From Mnemiopsis leidyi (lineage: Eukaryota), in contig CM108484.1 in the NCBI GenBank assembly GCA_048537945.1, positions 4,082,494 to 4,146,493 on the forward strand: DNA of 64,000 nucleotides. The letters run 5' to 3'. Both the position numbers and the translations under genes were made by a program. Shown piece by piece: positions 37,770 through 50,700 of this stretch. Position 1 is the first letter of the stretch. Each line of letters begins with the position of its first letter. The notes under the pieces are model-generated. The model saw only the letters and a list, made by a program, of their open reading frames with translations. It had not been told where the DNA came from and did no database searches.

Positions 37770-38159
37770 CTGAAATGTTTTTGTTTAAACAAGGCCAGCA
37801 AAAATTGTCAGGTCATTTTTTTTCGACGAATAAAAAAGGAGCTAATCCTTATACAAATTCGCAGTTTGGCGTTGCGTGCGATTATGATGGATACATCGAA
37901 GAATTAAAAGTTTTGGCAAAACATATGTAGAAAACAATACAAAATTGAACAATTAATTTTCAAGGGAAATGTTTGACCACTTTGATAAGAATGAACAGCT
38001 TCAGTAAACATTTCAATGAATTGCTTTTTGCAAGACGAAATTTGACCTTCACCGAAACCAATTAGTTGAACTGCATCAGAGTTGAGCGCATCCTGAGTAA
38101 AAACCAACTGCAGCCAAGACTTAGAGCGATCGATCAAATTTTAACACAAATCAAAATTA

Positions 38160-38758
38160 CCCTTCTTCCTCCTTTTCGTCAGAAGGCTTTTCCTCCTTCT
38201 TTGTAGAATCTCCCTGAGCCTCCGAAACTTTAGTCTCATCAGAAGTAGGCTGCTCCTCCTCCTCCTTGTTTCCCGTTTCCACGATAGCTATCTCCGATTC
38301 CTCAATCTGGAAAGAGATGAGCTCGTCCTTGTTGTCGTCTCCGTCCCCGTAGTCCAGCTCGTCCCCACCAGTCTCATCGTTAAAAAGAGTGTCGTCCTGC
38401 TCCTTGACGTCTACTGACCTAGTCTTACTGTCTTCTTTTGTTTCAGCCACGTCAAAGTTTTGATTATCCTGCACTTTGGCAGGATCTACATCCGACACAA
38501 GAGAGTCTTCAGCTGAGACGACTTTAGTAGCAATATCCGCTGCTTTGGCAGCGTTCGTGTTAATTTCGGCCTGATCAACTACAGTGTCTTGGGGTTCGGC
38601 GACGTCGTCTGTAACTATTTGAGGAGCATCCTCAGCTGAAGTCTCTTCTCCAGCGTGCTCTGTTTCAGAATGTCCACTCGGGTTAGCTTCGTCCACCATC
38701 TCTTTGCTGGAAGATTCTTCCGCCTCTGTGGCTTCCGCTTGTTCGATAGTTTTAGTTT
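38160..38758 (-). CDS. SAFB-like gene, large acidic exon (..TKTIEQAEATEAEESSSKEMVDEANPSGHSETEH...EEKPSDEKEEEG)
   Basis: Acceptor ttctatttctcag. GTAATT donor after GAAGAAGG. Phase continuity holds with the exons on both sides. Confidence 0.65.
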
Positions 38759-39537
38759 CTGAGAAATAGAAGCTTCAACATTTAATTCAAGAACTCAATC
38801 CTGAACACCAAATACATTACCTGGGTCGTGATCGTTATACTAGCAAGACAGATAAAGTAAGCCAAAACTGTGTATATGAGCGTCATCCAATGTGTTGTGA
38901 CTATGTCGATAATTCCAACTCGGGTAGAGAACAACGCTATCTGCTGGTCCAAGAAAGTGCTCCACACACGATAACTTAGAGGTGAATTCTTGACGGACGA
39001 CTTGTTCCATTTTTTGTTGAATAAGGAAAAGTTATAATTTCCATCAGTAATAAACAAAATATGTTAAATTAGATGCCAATGAGTAGACAACCAAGAAAAG
39101 GTAACTACTAACTTAGCTACGAAAGAATGTAACATTTTTTCAACAAAATTTCCTACTCTAAGTGGTTTAAACGATCAGCACCTTTAAATCACTTGCATCG
39201 ATATTTTTAGAAACAAATATTCAAATTGATGACTGAATTACGCCCTTACAATGTCTTGCAAATGGGCATCGAGATGAAGTCTGAATTAAATTCGAGGCTT
39301 AATGGTGGCGAATGACAATATGCAACTACAAACTCGCACAATCACACATTTGTTGGAAATATATATTCTAACAGTAAACAAGTATGCTACATTTAAACGC
39401 TAGCCTGTAAGTATGACCAATAATTCGAGTTTGTCGATAACATGTGACCCAAGAATTACAAATAGAACAATACATGAATTTATCAATTTATAAGTACATC
39501 GAATTTTGAAATAGTAGAACTCCAATTTCAGCCATAC

Positions 39538-39688
39538 CTGGTTCCTCGAGGTCCGTCGTGTTCAAATCTCCACTTCCGGTGTCCACTATATTTTCTAGTC
39601 CCTCCAGATTCTCCTCCCATTCTTCTAGCTCATCTTCGCCAGCGGTTACTTCTTCTGTCTTGATTTCTTCTGCATTTTCTTGCAGCGC
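39538..39688 (-). CDS. SAFB-like gene, exon 2 (ALQENAEEIKTEEVTAGEDELEEWEENLEGLENIVDTGSGDLNTTDLEEP)
   Basis: Acceptor tgctttcag, donor GTATGG. Phase is consistent with exons 1 and 3. Confidence 0.65.
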
Positions 39689-39809
39689 CTGAAAGCAGGT
39701 ACTGTTAAACAGAGAAGCGGTGCATATGATCTCGAATATTCAACATTTTTTTTAAGGTCACGTAAGTGTTAGAAATGACTTACTTTGATCGGAATGGGAA
39801 CATTAATAC

Positions 39810-39923
39810 CTGGTAAAGTCGGTCGACCAATACGGCTTTCGTCCCAGATTTCGGTAGACCTCTGCTCTCGAGCTCATTCTTCAGCTCTACCACCTTCATC
39901 GCCTTAATCTTGGACAGGTCCAT
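39810..39923 (-). CDS. SAFB-like gene, exon 1 with SAP domain (MDLSKIKAMKVVELKNELESRGLPKSGTKAVLVDRLYQ)
   Basis: ATG at 39923-39921. The SAP motif (L..LKV.ELR.EL..RGL...G.K..L..RL) matches the SAFB N-terminus. GTATTA donor at 39809. Confidence 0.75.
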
Positions 39924-40386
39924 GTCCTAAACAATTTGACTGGTTAGCAAATAAAAACTCTAAGTCTATTTTTCTGGAGCACTAGTCATTTTCTGAATAA
40001 AAATTTCATCAACAACGAATTCAGGGGGTTAGAACGACTATACTGACTATAGGATGTACGAATAACCGGCGTTAAATTAGTAACAACTGACCATTGTGCA
40101 ACAAAGATGCTCCAGACTGTTCTAAGTTGGAGTACATTATCTTAGTTTTAAAACCTCAACTTAATGACAGCTATTACACTGCTAGGATGCCCGTGCGCGC
40201 CGAAAATCTCGCATGGATTGCTAAATGACTTTGGCGTGCTACCATTGTTTTCAGACCGCGCGTTACATACAGTAGATGAATCCGAAAAATGTATCAGGAT
40301 TGGGACAGTTGGGACTGTAAATTTAGGGGTAAAAATCGTTACTACAAGACTTGAATTTGGATGCAGTTTGTTAGTGAGATTGATTT

Positions 40387-42640
40387 CTACATGTTAGAGC
40401 CACTTTGGACGTCCTGATGTGCTCCTGGTTCATGGAATGAACAAAATAAATAAAAATGAACGAAAATTTTAAATTGCTCAAATCGGTCCAAAATGACGTG
40501 AATTCGGTTTGTATTCGTCATAGGAGTGTTCCTGCGGAGTTTTAGCTTTCTAGGGTACCCTGGAGGTGACTTAGGGGTCCGATACATTTCGTTCCAAATG
40601 TGTCCCAGGGTATCCGAGATTTTTGTATCAGTTTGGGGACAGTAAATTAGGGGTACTAAAACTGTATCAAACGGCATGAAACAGGTTCTAGGTGATCAGT
40701 ACGGTTAATGTCCACAAGTTAGAACCACTTTGGACGTCCTGATGTGCTCCTGCATGGTTCATGGAATGAACAAAATGAACAAAAATGAAGGCAAATTTCA
40801 AATTGCTCAAATCGGTCCAAAATGACGTGAATTCTGTTTGTATTCGTCCTAGGAGTGTTCCTGCGAAGTTATAGCTTTCTAGGGTGCCCTGGAGGTGACT
40901 TGGGGGTCTGATACATTTCGTTCCAAATGTGTCCCAGGGTATCCGAGATTTTTGTATCAGTTTGGGGACAGTAAATTAGGGGTACTAAAACTGTATCAAA
41001 CGGCATGAAACCGGTTCTAGGTGATCAGTACGGTTAATGTCCACAAGTCAGAGCCACTTTGGACGTCCAGATGTGCTGGAATGAACAAAATGAACAAAAA
41101 TGAACGAAAATTTTAAATTGCTCAAATCGGTCCAAAATGACGTGAATTCGGTTTGTATTCGTCCTAGGAGTGTCCCTGCGAAGTTTTAGCTTTCTAGGTT
41201 GCCCCGGATGGGGGTTAGGGGTCTGATACATTTCGCTCCAAATGTGTCCCAGGGTATCCGAGATTTTTGTATCAGTTTGGGGACAGTAAATTAGGGGTAC
41301 TAAAACTGTATCAAACGGCATGAAACCGGTTCTAAGTGATCAGTACGGTTAATGTCCACAAGTCAGAGCCACTTTGGACGTCCTGATGTGCTCCTGGTTC
41401 ATGGAATGAACAAAATGAACAAAAATGAACGAAAATTTCAAATTGCTCAAATCGGTCCAAAATGACGTGAATTCGGTTTGTATTCGTCCTAGGAGTGTTC
41501 CTGCGAAGTTTTAGCTTTCTAGGTTGCCCCGGATGGGGGTTAGGGGTCTGATACATTTCGCTCCAAATGTGTCCCAGGGTATCCGAGATTTTTGTATCAG
41601 TTTGGGGACAGTAAATTAGGGGTACTAAAACTGTATCAAACGGCATGAAACCGGTTCTAGGTGATCAGTACGGTTAATGTCCACAAGTTAGAGCCACTTT
41701 TGACATCCTGATGTGCTCCTGGTTCATGGAATGAACAAAATGAACAAAAATGAACGAAAATTTCAAATTAATCAAATTGGTCCAAAATGACGTGAATTCG
41801 GTTTGTATTTGTCCTAGGAGTGTTCCTGCGAAGTTTTAGCTTTCTAGGGTGCCCTGGAGGGGAGATAGGGGCCTGATACATTTCGTTCCAAATGTTTCCC
41901 AGGGTATCCGAGATTTTTGTATCAGTTTGGGGACAGTAATTTAGTGAACCAGGAGCATATCAGGACGTCCAAAGTAGTCCTAACTTGTGGACATTAACCG
42001 TACTGATCACCTAGAACCGGTTTCATGCCGTTTGATACAGTTTTAGTACCCCTAATTTACTGTCCCCAAACTGATACAAAAATCTCAAATACCCTGGGAC
42101 ACATTTGGAGCGAAATGTATCAGACCCCTAACTCCCCTCCAGGGCACCCTAGAAAGCTAAAACTTCGCAGGAACACTCCTAGGACGAATACAAACCGAAT
42201 TCACGTCATTTTGGACCGATTTGAGCAATTTGAAATTTTCGTTCATTTTTGTTCATTTTGTTCATTCCATGAACCAGGAGCACATCAGGACGTCCAAAGT
42301 GGCTCTAACTTGCGGACATTAACCGTACTGATCACCTAGAACCGGTTTTATGCCGTTTGATACAGTTTTAGTACCCCTAATTTACTGTCCCCAAACTGAT
42401 ACAAAAATCTCGGATACCCTGGGACACATTTGGAACGAAATGTATCAGACCCCTAACCCCCATCCGGGGCAACCTAGAAAGCTAAAACTTCGCAGGGACA
42501 CTCCTAGGACGAATACAAACCGAATTCACGTTATTTTGGACCGATTTGAGCAATTTGAAATTTTCGTTCATTTTTGTTCATTCTGTTCATTCCATGAACC
42601 GGGAGCACATCAAGACGTCTTAAGTGGATTATAGATGTAG
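40387..42640. repeat. Roughly 305-bp tandem satellite: 5 copies in one orientation (40387-41960) abutting 2 copies in the opposite orientation (41940-42640), forming a palindrome centred near 41950
   Basis: The track ORFs MPFDTVLVPLIYCPQTDTKIS... recur in every unit, with 5 on the minus strand and 2 on the plus strand. Units are more than 90% identical. Confidence 0.85.
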
Positions 42641-43059
42641 GATCTCGTTATATCCATCAAACACAGTCGAAAAAAACCAGTTGCTTCCCATTATTGAGGC
42701 CAAAAAACCACTGTCCCAATTTTGTCCCAATTTTGTCCCACTGATACATCTCTGATACAATTCTGATACAAAATTTCGGATTCATCAACTCGTTACATAA
42801 ATTACTTTTAGTAGGTAAAGCTATTCAATAGTCAAGGCCATTCGGTACTTTTACATGTACCTTAAGGGAGTGACGACAACCATTAGTTTTTAATAATATA
42901 TTAGTTTTTAATAATATAAAAAAACATTCGAAAACTAAGAACAGGATCATCTGTCTCTACAGATTCTTCTCCAATTCTTCTAGCTCATCTTCGCCAGCGG
43001 TACTTCTTAGCTTGTCTTGTTTTCTTCTGCCTTTCCTTGTATAGCCTGAAAGCAGGTAC

Positions 43060-43290
43060 TGTAAAATTTGTATTTGTATTTTTTTGGATTCGTTACACCT
43101 GTACTCAGGATTTTACAGTCATACTGAAGGGGCTCCTGGAAAATTATAGATCTTTTAACGGAGACCCTCCTTATTTAACCCTCAATCACGGTTTCCCGAT
43201 CATTCGGCTGAGTCGACCGAAGAAGATTGCATAGGCAAGTGCCCTTAGCGCACTCCTCTAGGATTGGAGGATCTGGAAATAGAACAAAGT
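43060..43290 (-). mobile_element. SINE-family copy (further copies at 47880-48110 and 51480-51720)
   Basis: Shares body sequence ...cggtttcccgatcattcggctgagtcgaccgaagaagattgcatagg... with the tRNA-headed copies at 47225 and 50825. It is inserted into the duplicated intron: cctgaaagcaggtactgt | insert | gaagcggtgcatatgatctcgaa, compared with the original gene. Confidence 0.55.
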
Positions 43291-46200
43291 AGCGGTGCAT
43301 ATGATCTCGAACACTCTACCTTGAAGGTTACGTACGTACGTTTTGGTACGTTTCGGAGAGTTTAGCAGTGCAGGCTAGTACAACAGCATCGAGTGTGTCC
43401 TCCTTTGGTTCCAGCTCAGCAGTGAGTTATCGTCAACCCCAACGTATCCGGTATCGGGTGTTGTGTCCTGGTAATGCTCTAGGAATCTGCCAGGCCCACA
43501 CTTAAAGGATTCAAGAGTGGGGACACTTCTAAGATCAGTAGGAAGCAAATTGAATGGCTGGGCCGCACGTACACGAAAGGATCTGTCGTAGTCAGCCTGT
43601 AGTCAGGTAAAATCCTTGCATATTTTTCCAAATTGAGAACTATTTTGGGGCAATGAGTTTGGTGTTGTATTCCACTCATTAGGGTCCCAGGAGATACCCC
43701 AAAAATACCCCTTTTTTCGGAGGTGAAACAGCCCTTTTTGGTTGACACGCGAGGCGCCCAGATAGTTTTATATCATTTTTCAATTTTTGAGTGCAGAGCA
43801 CCATATGTAGTGCAAAATGACTGGAAAGGTCTCATTAGTAGGTACGCATCGCATCTTAATTGGTTGGAGCAATAGTTTTTGAAACATCAAAGAAAAATGT
43901 TAAATTAATTTTCATAAGTTTTTTCATCATTTCACTTCCAAGATCATATTTTACTTGGACAATCACATTCCTTTTTTATAAACCACTGATTAGTGTATAT
44001 CGGTTCAAAAAGGTTTTCTTGCTAAGACACGTGCCACGTAAAAGAATTCACTGTCCAGAACCTGTTTTATGAGTACCTTTAAGTTCAGAAAATAGATTTT
44101 TACAAAAATTCCAAATATTTATTGACAATTTTACTAGACTGCAGATTGTAATTGTTATTATGTCGTGGTCTTTAAACCTCTCTGTGAGAAGCGTGAAAAC
44201 CTTCCCTTGTTCCGAGGGTTGCTCAAGACGGGTCCTATTTACTGTCAAACATCACATTAAATGTTACTTCAAGCGCTCTGAAAGAGTATCTTGCTTGATG
44301 AGCATGATCTTTAGCAGTTGAGCTCATGTGACCATCAAATACGATTGTGCATGATTTATGAGAACCGAAAGTCATAGCCTGTCTCACATGTGAAACATAT
44401 GCATTGATGACGCTTTCGAATTGGACGCCCTTCTTCCAAGCATAAAAGACCAAGTGAATCAAATTGCCACTGTCAATTACAAGGAAGCTTCCCTTAACAT
44501 CGGCTCAGTTAATAACGGCTATGTTAACCATGGGTGCAAATAAGTCAAAATTTACCCAATTTAAGGTACTGAAAATATTTTTTTAATTTAGATATTTTGT
44601 CCCCGAATTCACAAAAATTTGAAACTTACGTGCTTTCAGCATAAAGTTTTTGCATAAAGTTCCTCTGCACATATCTATATTTCAACATAAACTTGGCCTT
44701 TAAATGTGTAAGCTTGCCTGTACGAAGGAAATAGTTTCATGTATCACAGAAAATGTCAACTGGGACTGTTTGCCGCAGTTGAAAAATTTGAGGATTTGGA
44801 CACAGACCTAGACCTAGAAGCGATTTGGTAATAAAGGCCAATCTCATAGAAATTCTTTCAATGGATACAAAACTGGGGTTCAAGGGCATGATTTAAAATC
44901 TTATGATTCAGTAAATGCCCGCCGCAGGCGAAAAATTTCAAAAATATTCGCAAATAGAATGGCCTAGAAGCGATTTGGTAATAAAGGCAAGTATCAATGA
45001 CAAATATCAATGATAGTTTTGAAATTGATGTAAGTCGAATTGGAGTAAGCGATTTTAACTGCGTTAATCTACAATACATGGTCCCTTTTAGTGTGACATC
45101 GATAAATACAGTTATATGCAAAGCAAAGAGAAACATAATTTCAAAATGATTGCTGGAAACTTGGCAGTTTGTCGATTATCGATATGGCTAGCTGTATTGA
45201 ACCAATATTTCTAATCAAATTGTTGCATTGCAAACAATTTTGTAAATGTGAAATCATAACTAAATCACTGATTTAAACAGAAACAGTCAGAATGAATCTA
45301 TTTAGATGAATATTATGAATAACATTTATATCTACGCATAGAAAATTCTAGCATCAAAAAGTTAATCAGGCCTCGATCAAGACCCTAATTTAGAATTTTT
45401 TATTAGGAGTTAAATATTTCTATTTTAATCTTTAATCCTAAATTAATTATTTTAGAAAAATAATTTGAAAATTTAGCCCAACGATGACCTGAATTCAATT
45501 ATTTTCTGTTGGAATTGAAGGAACATTTTAAATGGTGAAGATTAAATTTAGTGTATGAAGCTAAATTGAAAAATTATACTGATCTCAATTAAGCTTGACC
45601 TCAAAATTCTGAATTAAGGTTTCGAATTTTTCGAAAATTTCTTGAGCAACTTTTGTCCGACTTAAAATTTAATTTAGACCATAAATTTAAGGTACCGTCG
45701 GTACAATTAGAGGCACTTTTCTGTAGGGGTGATGTTAACTACACCTCTTGGTCCAGCAATATCAAACAAAAGGAGAGCAAGTTTGCTTTTTTAGTGAACA
45801 GGGTAAGACGAGTTTTTTCTCTGCCTCTGTCGTAAGAGATGACAGCCTCTACTGATAGAGAAGGTCAGAGTCCAATACAGGAACACTTTTCTTTTGAGCA
45901 GACGCCAGGCAGTTTTTATCTGGGATCTGCGTTACTTTCAATGATGGTAAACTAGATCGCCCATACCAACTGAATAGAAAGGCCCTTCTCGGCGGCCGAT
46001 GTGCGTAGAGTATGAAAGCCTTTCATGCTATTCTGTTAACCGTTTTCCCATTTCCTCTGTAACCTCCTCCACACAAATTTTACAAAAAAATGCTGTTGCT
46101 ACTGTTAGGTTAACTGATATATTTGAGTCTGTGATTCAGTAGATGCAATTTGCTGTAAATAACCAATTAATACTGTAGTTAAAGTTCTACGCTATAATTT

Positions 46201-46342
46201 AGACTAAGAGCAATTCTTGACTAAATGTAACAATTCTATGCTATGATTTTGTCGCGTAAATATCATTTTTTCAATAACTCAAAAACTATTGCTCCAACCA
46301 ATTTTGATACTATGCGTACCCACTAATGTGACTTTCCGGCCA

Positions 46343-46666
46343 TCATAGCACTACAAAAAATGAAATAAAACTATCTGGGCGCCTACGCGTGTCAACCAAC
46401 AAGGGCTGAAAAACACATTTCGTCATCTCGTCTTCACTGGGAATTTTTTGGGGGTTATCTCCTGACTCCTGGGACCCTAATGAGTGGATGCAACACCAAA
46501 TGATGCATTTGATCAAGGATTTGACCGGCCTACTGATTGACATCTGTGCCTTTATTTTAATGGCAAACTGGTGGTCGGCAAACTGAATCTCAATGTCGTT
46601 TGGCGCCAGCCCATTCTTGATTTTCCAGACATGGATCATGCAATAGCGTTTACGACGTCCCTGCAA
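46343..46666 (-). pseudogene. Non-LTR retrotransposon ORF2 C-terminal fragment (..GRRKRYCMIHVWKIKNGLAPNDIEIQF..)
   Basis: Matches the conserved LINE/RTE tail motif ERRKRGDMIEVFKILNG.....FF. A duplicate lies at 50017-50244. Confidence 0.45.
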
Positions 46667-46962
46667 GGACAGTAATTTCAGCTTCTTGAGTCGCTCGTGG
46701 TAAGTTAGTTCCTTGCAGCCAGAGATCTTCTTCGTGAAGGATCGCTGGACAGCTTCCGGATATCACCTAGGTTTGAGGGGTTCCACACTGGGCAGCAGCA
46801 CTCGAGAATTGCCCTGATTAGACTCTTGTACAGGGTTAGCACAAGAGCCTAATCAGGTCAAAGTTCGAGTACTGCTGCCCAGTGTGGAATGTAAGTGTAA
46901 AAAAACTTAAAATAAGATCTAAGCCGGAAACTTTGCTGTGATTGGTAGGGGAATATCAATAC

Positions 46963-47076
46963 CTGGGAAAGTCGTTCGACCAATACGGCTTTCGTCCCAG
47001 ATTTAGGGAGACCTCTACTCTCGAGCTCCTTCTTCAGCTCTACCACCTTCATTGCCTTAATCTCGGACAGTTCCAT
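46963..47076 (-). CDS. Intact duplicate SAP-domain first exon (MELSEIKAMKVVELKKELESRGLPKSGTKAVLVERLSQ) with conserved GT donor
   Basis: Same 114-nt length and phase as exon 1 of the SAFB-like gene. Donor GTATTG is retained. Confidence 0.55.
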
Positions 47077-47224
47077 ATCCTAAAAAATTTGACTGGTTAG
47101 CAAATAAAAAGTCCATTTACCTAAAGCACAAGTAAGTTTTGAATTAGACCTTAAATTTTATCGACAATAAATTCAGGGGGCACGACTACACTGATTATGG
47201 GATGTACGAACTATTGGCGGTAAA

Positions 47225-47475
47225 GTAGTATTTGTGTTTGTATTTGTACACCTGTACCCCTGCTTTTACAGTTACGGTGAAGGGCCCCTTGAAGATTCTA
47301 GATCTTTTAAGGGAGACCCTCCTCATTTAACCCTCTATCACGGTTTCCCGGTCATTCGGCTTAGTCGACCGAAGAAGATTGCATAGGAACGTGCCCATAA
47401 CTCCATAACGCACTCCTCTAGGATGGGCGAATCTGGGAATCGAACCTCCGATCTTCTGCATAGAAAGTCAAGGTA
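47225..47475 (-). mobile_element. tRNA-derived SINE, with the tRNA-like head at the high-coordinate end
   Basis: The reverse complement of 47420-47475 reads ...gcagaagatcggaGGTTCGATTCCCagattcgccc, a tRNA T-arm/acceptor-like sequence. The low-coordinate end is a (TACAAA)n-like tail. The same family occurs at 50825-51085. Confidence 0.6.
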
Positions 47476-47744
47476 GATACAACTGTAGTAACAACTGACC
47501 ATTGTGCAACAAAGACAGAAATGCTACAGATTGTTCTGATTTAGAGAACATTATTTTGGTTTTAAAACCTCAACTTAATGACAGCTATTACACTGCTAGG
47601 ATGCATGTTCATTACATAAATTACTTTCAAAAGTTTCAATAGGCCATTCTGTACTTTTACGTCTTTTATGAACCTAAAGGAGTAACGACAACCATTAGTT
47701 TTTAATAATATATTAGTTTTTAATAATATAAAAAAATATATTCA

Positions 47745-50700
47745 AAACCAAGAACAGGATCATCTGTCTCTACAGATTCTTCTCCAATTCTTCTAGCTCA
47801 TCTTCGCCAGCGGTACTTCTTAGCTTGTCTTGTTTTCTTCTGCCTTTCCTTGTATAGCCTGAAAGCAGGTTCTGTAAAATTTGTATTTGTATTTTTTTTG
47901 GATTCGTTACACCTGTACCCAGTATTTTACAGTGATACTGAAGGGGCTCCTGGAAAAATTATAGATCTTCTAACGGAGACCCTCCTTATTTAACCCTCAA
48001 TCACGGTTTCCCGATCATTCGGCTGAGTCGACCGAAGAAGATTGCATAGGCAAGTGCCCTTAGCGCACTCCTCTAGGATTGGAGGATCTGGAAATAGAAC
48101 AAAGTAGCGGCGCATATGATCTCGAACACTCTACCTTGAAAGTTACGTACGTACGTTTTGGTACGTTTCGGAGAGTTTAGCAGGGCAGGCTAGTACAACA
48201 GCATCGAGTGTGTCCTCCTTTGGTTCCAGCTCAGCAGTGAGTCATTGTTAACCCCAACGTATCCGGTATCAGGTTTTGTGTCCTGGTAATGCTCTAGGAA
48301 TCTGCCAGGCCCACACTAATAAGCTTCAAGAGTGGGGACACTTCTAGGATCAGTAGGAAGCAAATTGAATGGCTGGGCCGCACGTACACGAAAGGATCTG
48401 TCGTAGTCAGCCTGTAGTCCAGTAAAATCCTTGCATATTTTTCCAAATTGAGAACTATTTTGGGGCAATGAGTTTGGTGTTGTATTCCACTCATTAGGGT
48501 CCCAGGAGATACCCCAAAATACCCCTTGTTTCGGAGGTGAAACAGCCCTTTTTGGTTGACTCGCGAGGCGCCCAGATAGTTTTATATCATTTTTCAATTT
48601 TTGAGTTCAGAGCACCATATGTAGTGCAAAATGACTGGAAAGGTCACATAAGTAGGTACGCATCGCATCAAAATTGGTTGGAGCAATAGTTTTTGAAACA
48701 TCAAAGAAAAATGTTAAATTAATTTCCATAAGTTTTTTCATCATTTCACTTCCAAGATCATATTTTACTTGGACAATCACATTCCTTTTTTATAAACCAC
48801 TGATTAGTGTATATCAGTTCGAAAAGGTTTTCTTGCTAAGACACGTGCCACGTAAAAGAATTCACTGTCCAGAACCTGTTTTTTGAGCACCTTTAAGTTC
48901 AGAAAATAGATTTTTACAAAAATTCCATATATTTATTGACAATTTTACTAGACTGCAGACTGTAATTGTAATTATGCCGTGGTCTCTAAACCTCTCTGTG
49001 AGAAGCGTGATAAACCTCCCCTTGTTCCGAGGGTTGCTCAAGACGGGTCCTATTTATTGTCAAACACCACATTAAATGTTACTTGAACTTCAAGCGCTCT
49101 GATAGAGTATCTTGCTTGATGAGCATGATCTTTAGCAGTTGAGCTCATGTGACCATCAAATACGATCGTGCATGATTTATGAGAACCGAAAGTCATAGCC
49201 TGTCTCACATGTGAAACATATGCATTGATGACGCTGTCGAATTGGACGCCCTTCTTCCAAGCATAAAAGACCAAGTGAATCAAATTGCCACTGTCAATTA
49301 CAAGGAAGCTTCCCTTAATATCAGTTCGGTTAACTACACCTCTTAGTCCAGCAGTATCAAACAAAAGGAGAGCAAGTCTGCTTTTTTAGTGAACACGGTA
49401 AGACGAGTTTTTTCTCTGCCTCTGTCGTAAAAGATGACAGCCTTTACTGATAGAGAAGGTCAGCGTCCAATTCAGGAACACTTTTCTTTTGAGCAGACGC
49501 CAGGCAGTTTTTATCTGGGATCTGCGTTGCTGTCAATGATGGTAAACTAGATCGCCCATACCAACTGAATAGAAAAGCCCTTCTCGGCGGCCGATGTGCG
49601 TAGAGTATGAAAGCCTTTCATGCTATTCTGTTTATCGTTTTCCCATTTCCTCTGTAACCTCCTCCACACAAATTTTACAAAAAATGCTGTTGCTACTGTT
49701 AGGTTAAATGATATATTTGAGTCTGTGATTCAGTAGATGCAATTTGCTGTAAATAACCAATTAATACTGTAGTTAAAGTTCTACGCTATAATTTAGACTA
49801 AGAGCAATTCTTGACTAAGTGTCACAATTCTATGCTATGATTTTGTCGCGTAAATATCATTTTCCTTAATAACTCAAAAACTATTGCTCCAACCAATTTT
49901 GATACGATGCGTACCTACTAATGTGACTTTCCGGCCATCATAGCACTACTTAAATGAAATAAAACTATCTGGGCGCCTACGCGTGTCAACCAACAAGGGC
50001 TGAAAAACACATTTCTTCATCTCGTATTCACTGGGCATTTTTTGGGGGTTATCTCCTGGGACCCTAATGAGTGGATGCAACACCAAATGATGCATTTGAT
50101 CAAGGATTTGACCGGCCTACTGATTGACATCTGTGCCTCCATTTTAATTGCGGAGGATGTTTGCTCCGACACCAAGCCTTTGGTGGTCGGCAAACTGAAT
50201 CTCAATGTCGTTTGGCGCCAGCCCATTCTTGATTTTTCAGACATGGATCATGCATTAGCATTTACGACGTCCCTGCAAGGACAGTAATTTCAGCTACTTG
50301 AGTCGCTCGTGGTAAGTTAGTTCCTTCCAGCCGGAATCTTCTTCGTGAAGGATCGCTGGACATCTCCCAGCTTCCGGATATCACCTAGGTTTGAGGGGTT
50401 CCACACTGGGCAGCAGCACTCGAGAATTGCCCTGATTAGACTCTTGTACAGGGTTAGCACAAGAGCCTAATCAGGTCAAAGCTCGAGTACTGCTGCCCAG
50501 TGTGGAATGTAAGTGTAAAAAAGACTTAAAATAAGATCTCAGCCGGAAACTTTGCTATGATTGGTAGGGGAATATCAATACCTGGAAAAGTCGTTCGACC
50601 AATACGGCTTTCGTCCCAGATTTAGGGAGACCTCTACTCTCGAGCTCCTTCTTCAGCTCTACCACCTTCATTTCCTTAATCTCGGACAGTTCCATATCCT

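Larger units (their letters stand above)
42940..47610 (-). repeat. Segmental duplicate unit 1 of the SAFB-like 5' region, expanded by TE insertions
   Basis: A decayed exon 2 copy lies at 42960-43050 (in-frame stop). An intact SAP exon copy lies at 46963-47076. Flanking sequence gacagctattacactgctaggatgc recurs. The intron between the two exons is expanded from 120 bp to about 3.9 kb by SINE, LINE-fragment and other insertions. Confidence 0.75.

Noticed and set aside
40387-42634. Seven roughly 95-104-aa ORFs (MPFDTVLVPLIYCPQTDTK...) that look like a conserved protein family
   Set aside because: Each ORF is one 305-bp satellite unit. Conservation reflects recent tandem amplification, and the protein has no recognisable motif. 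A coding role cannot be excluded but is not supported.
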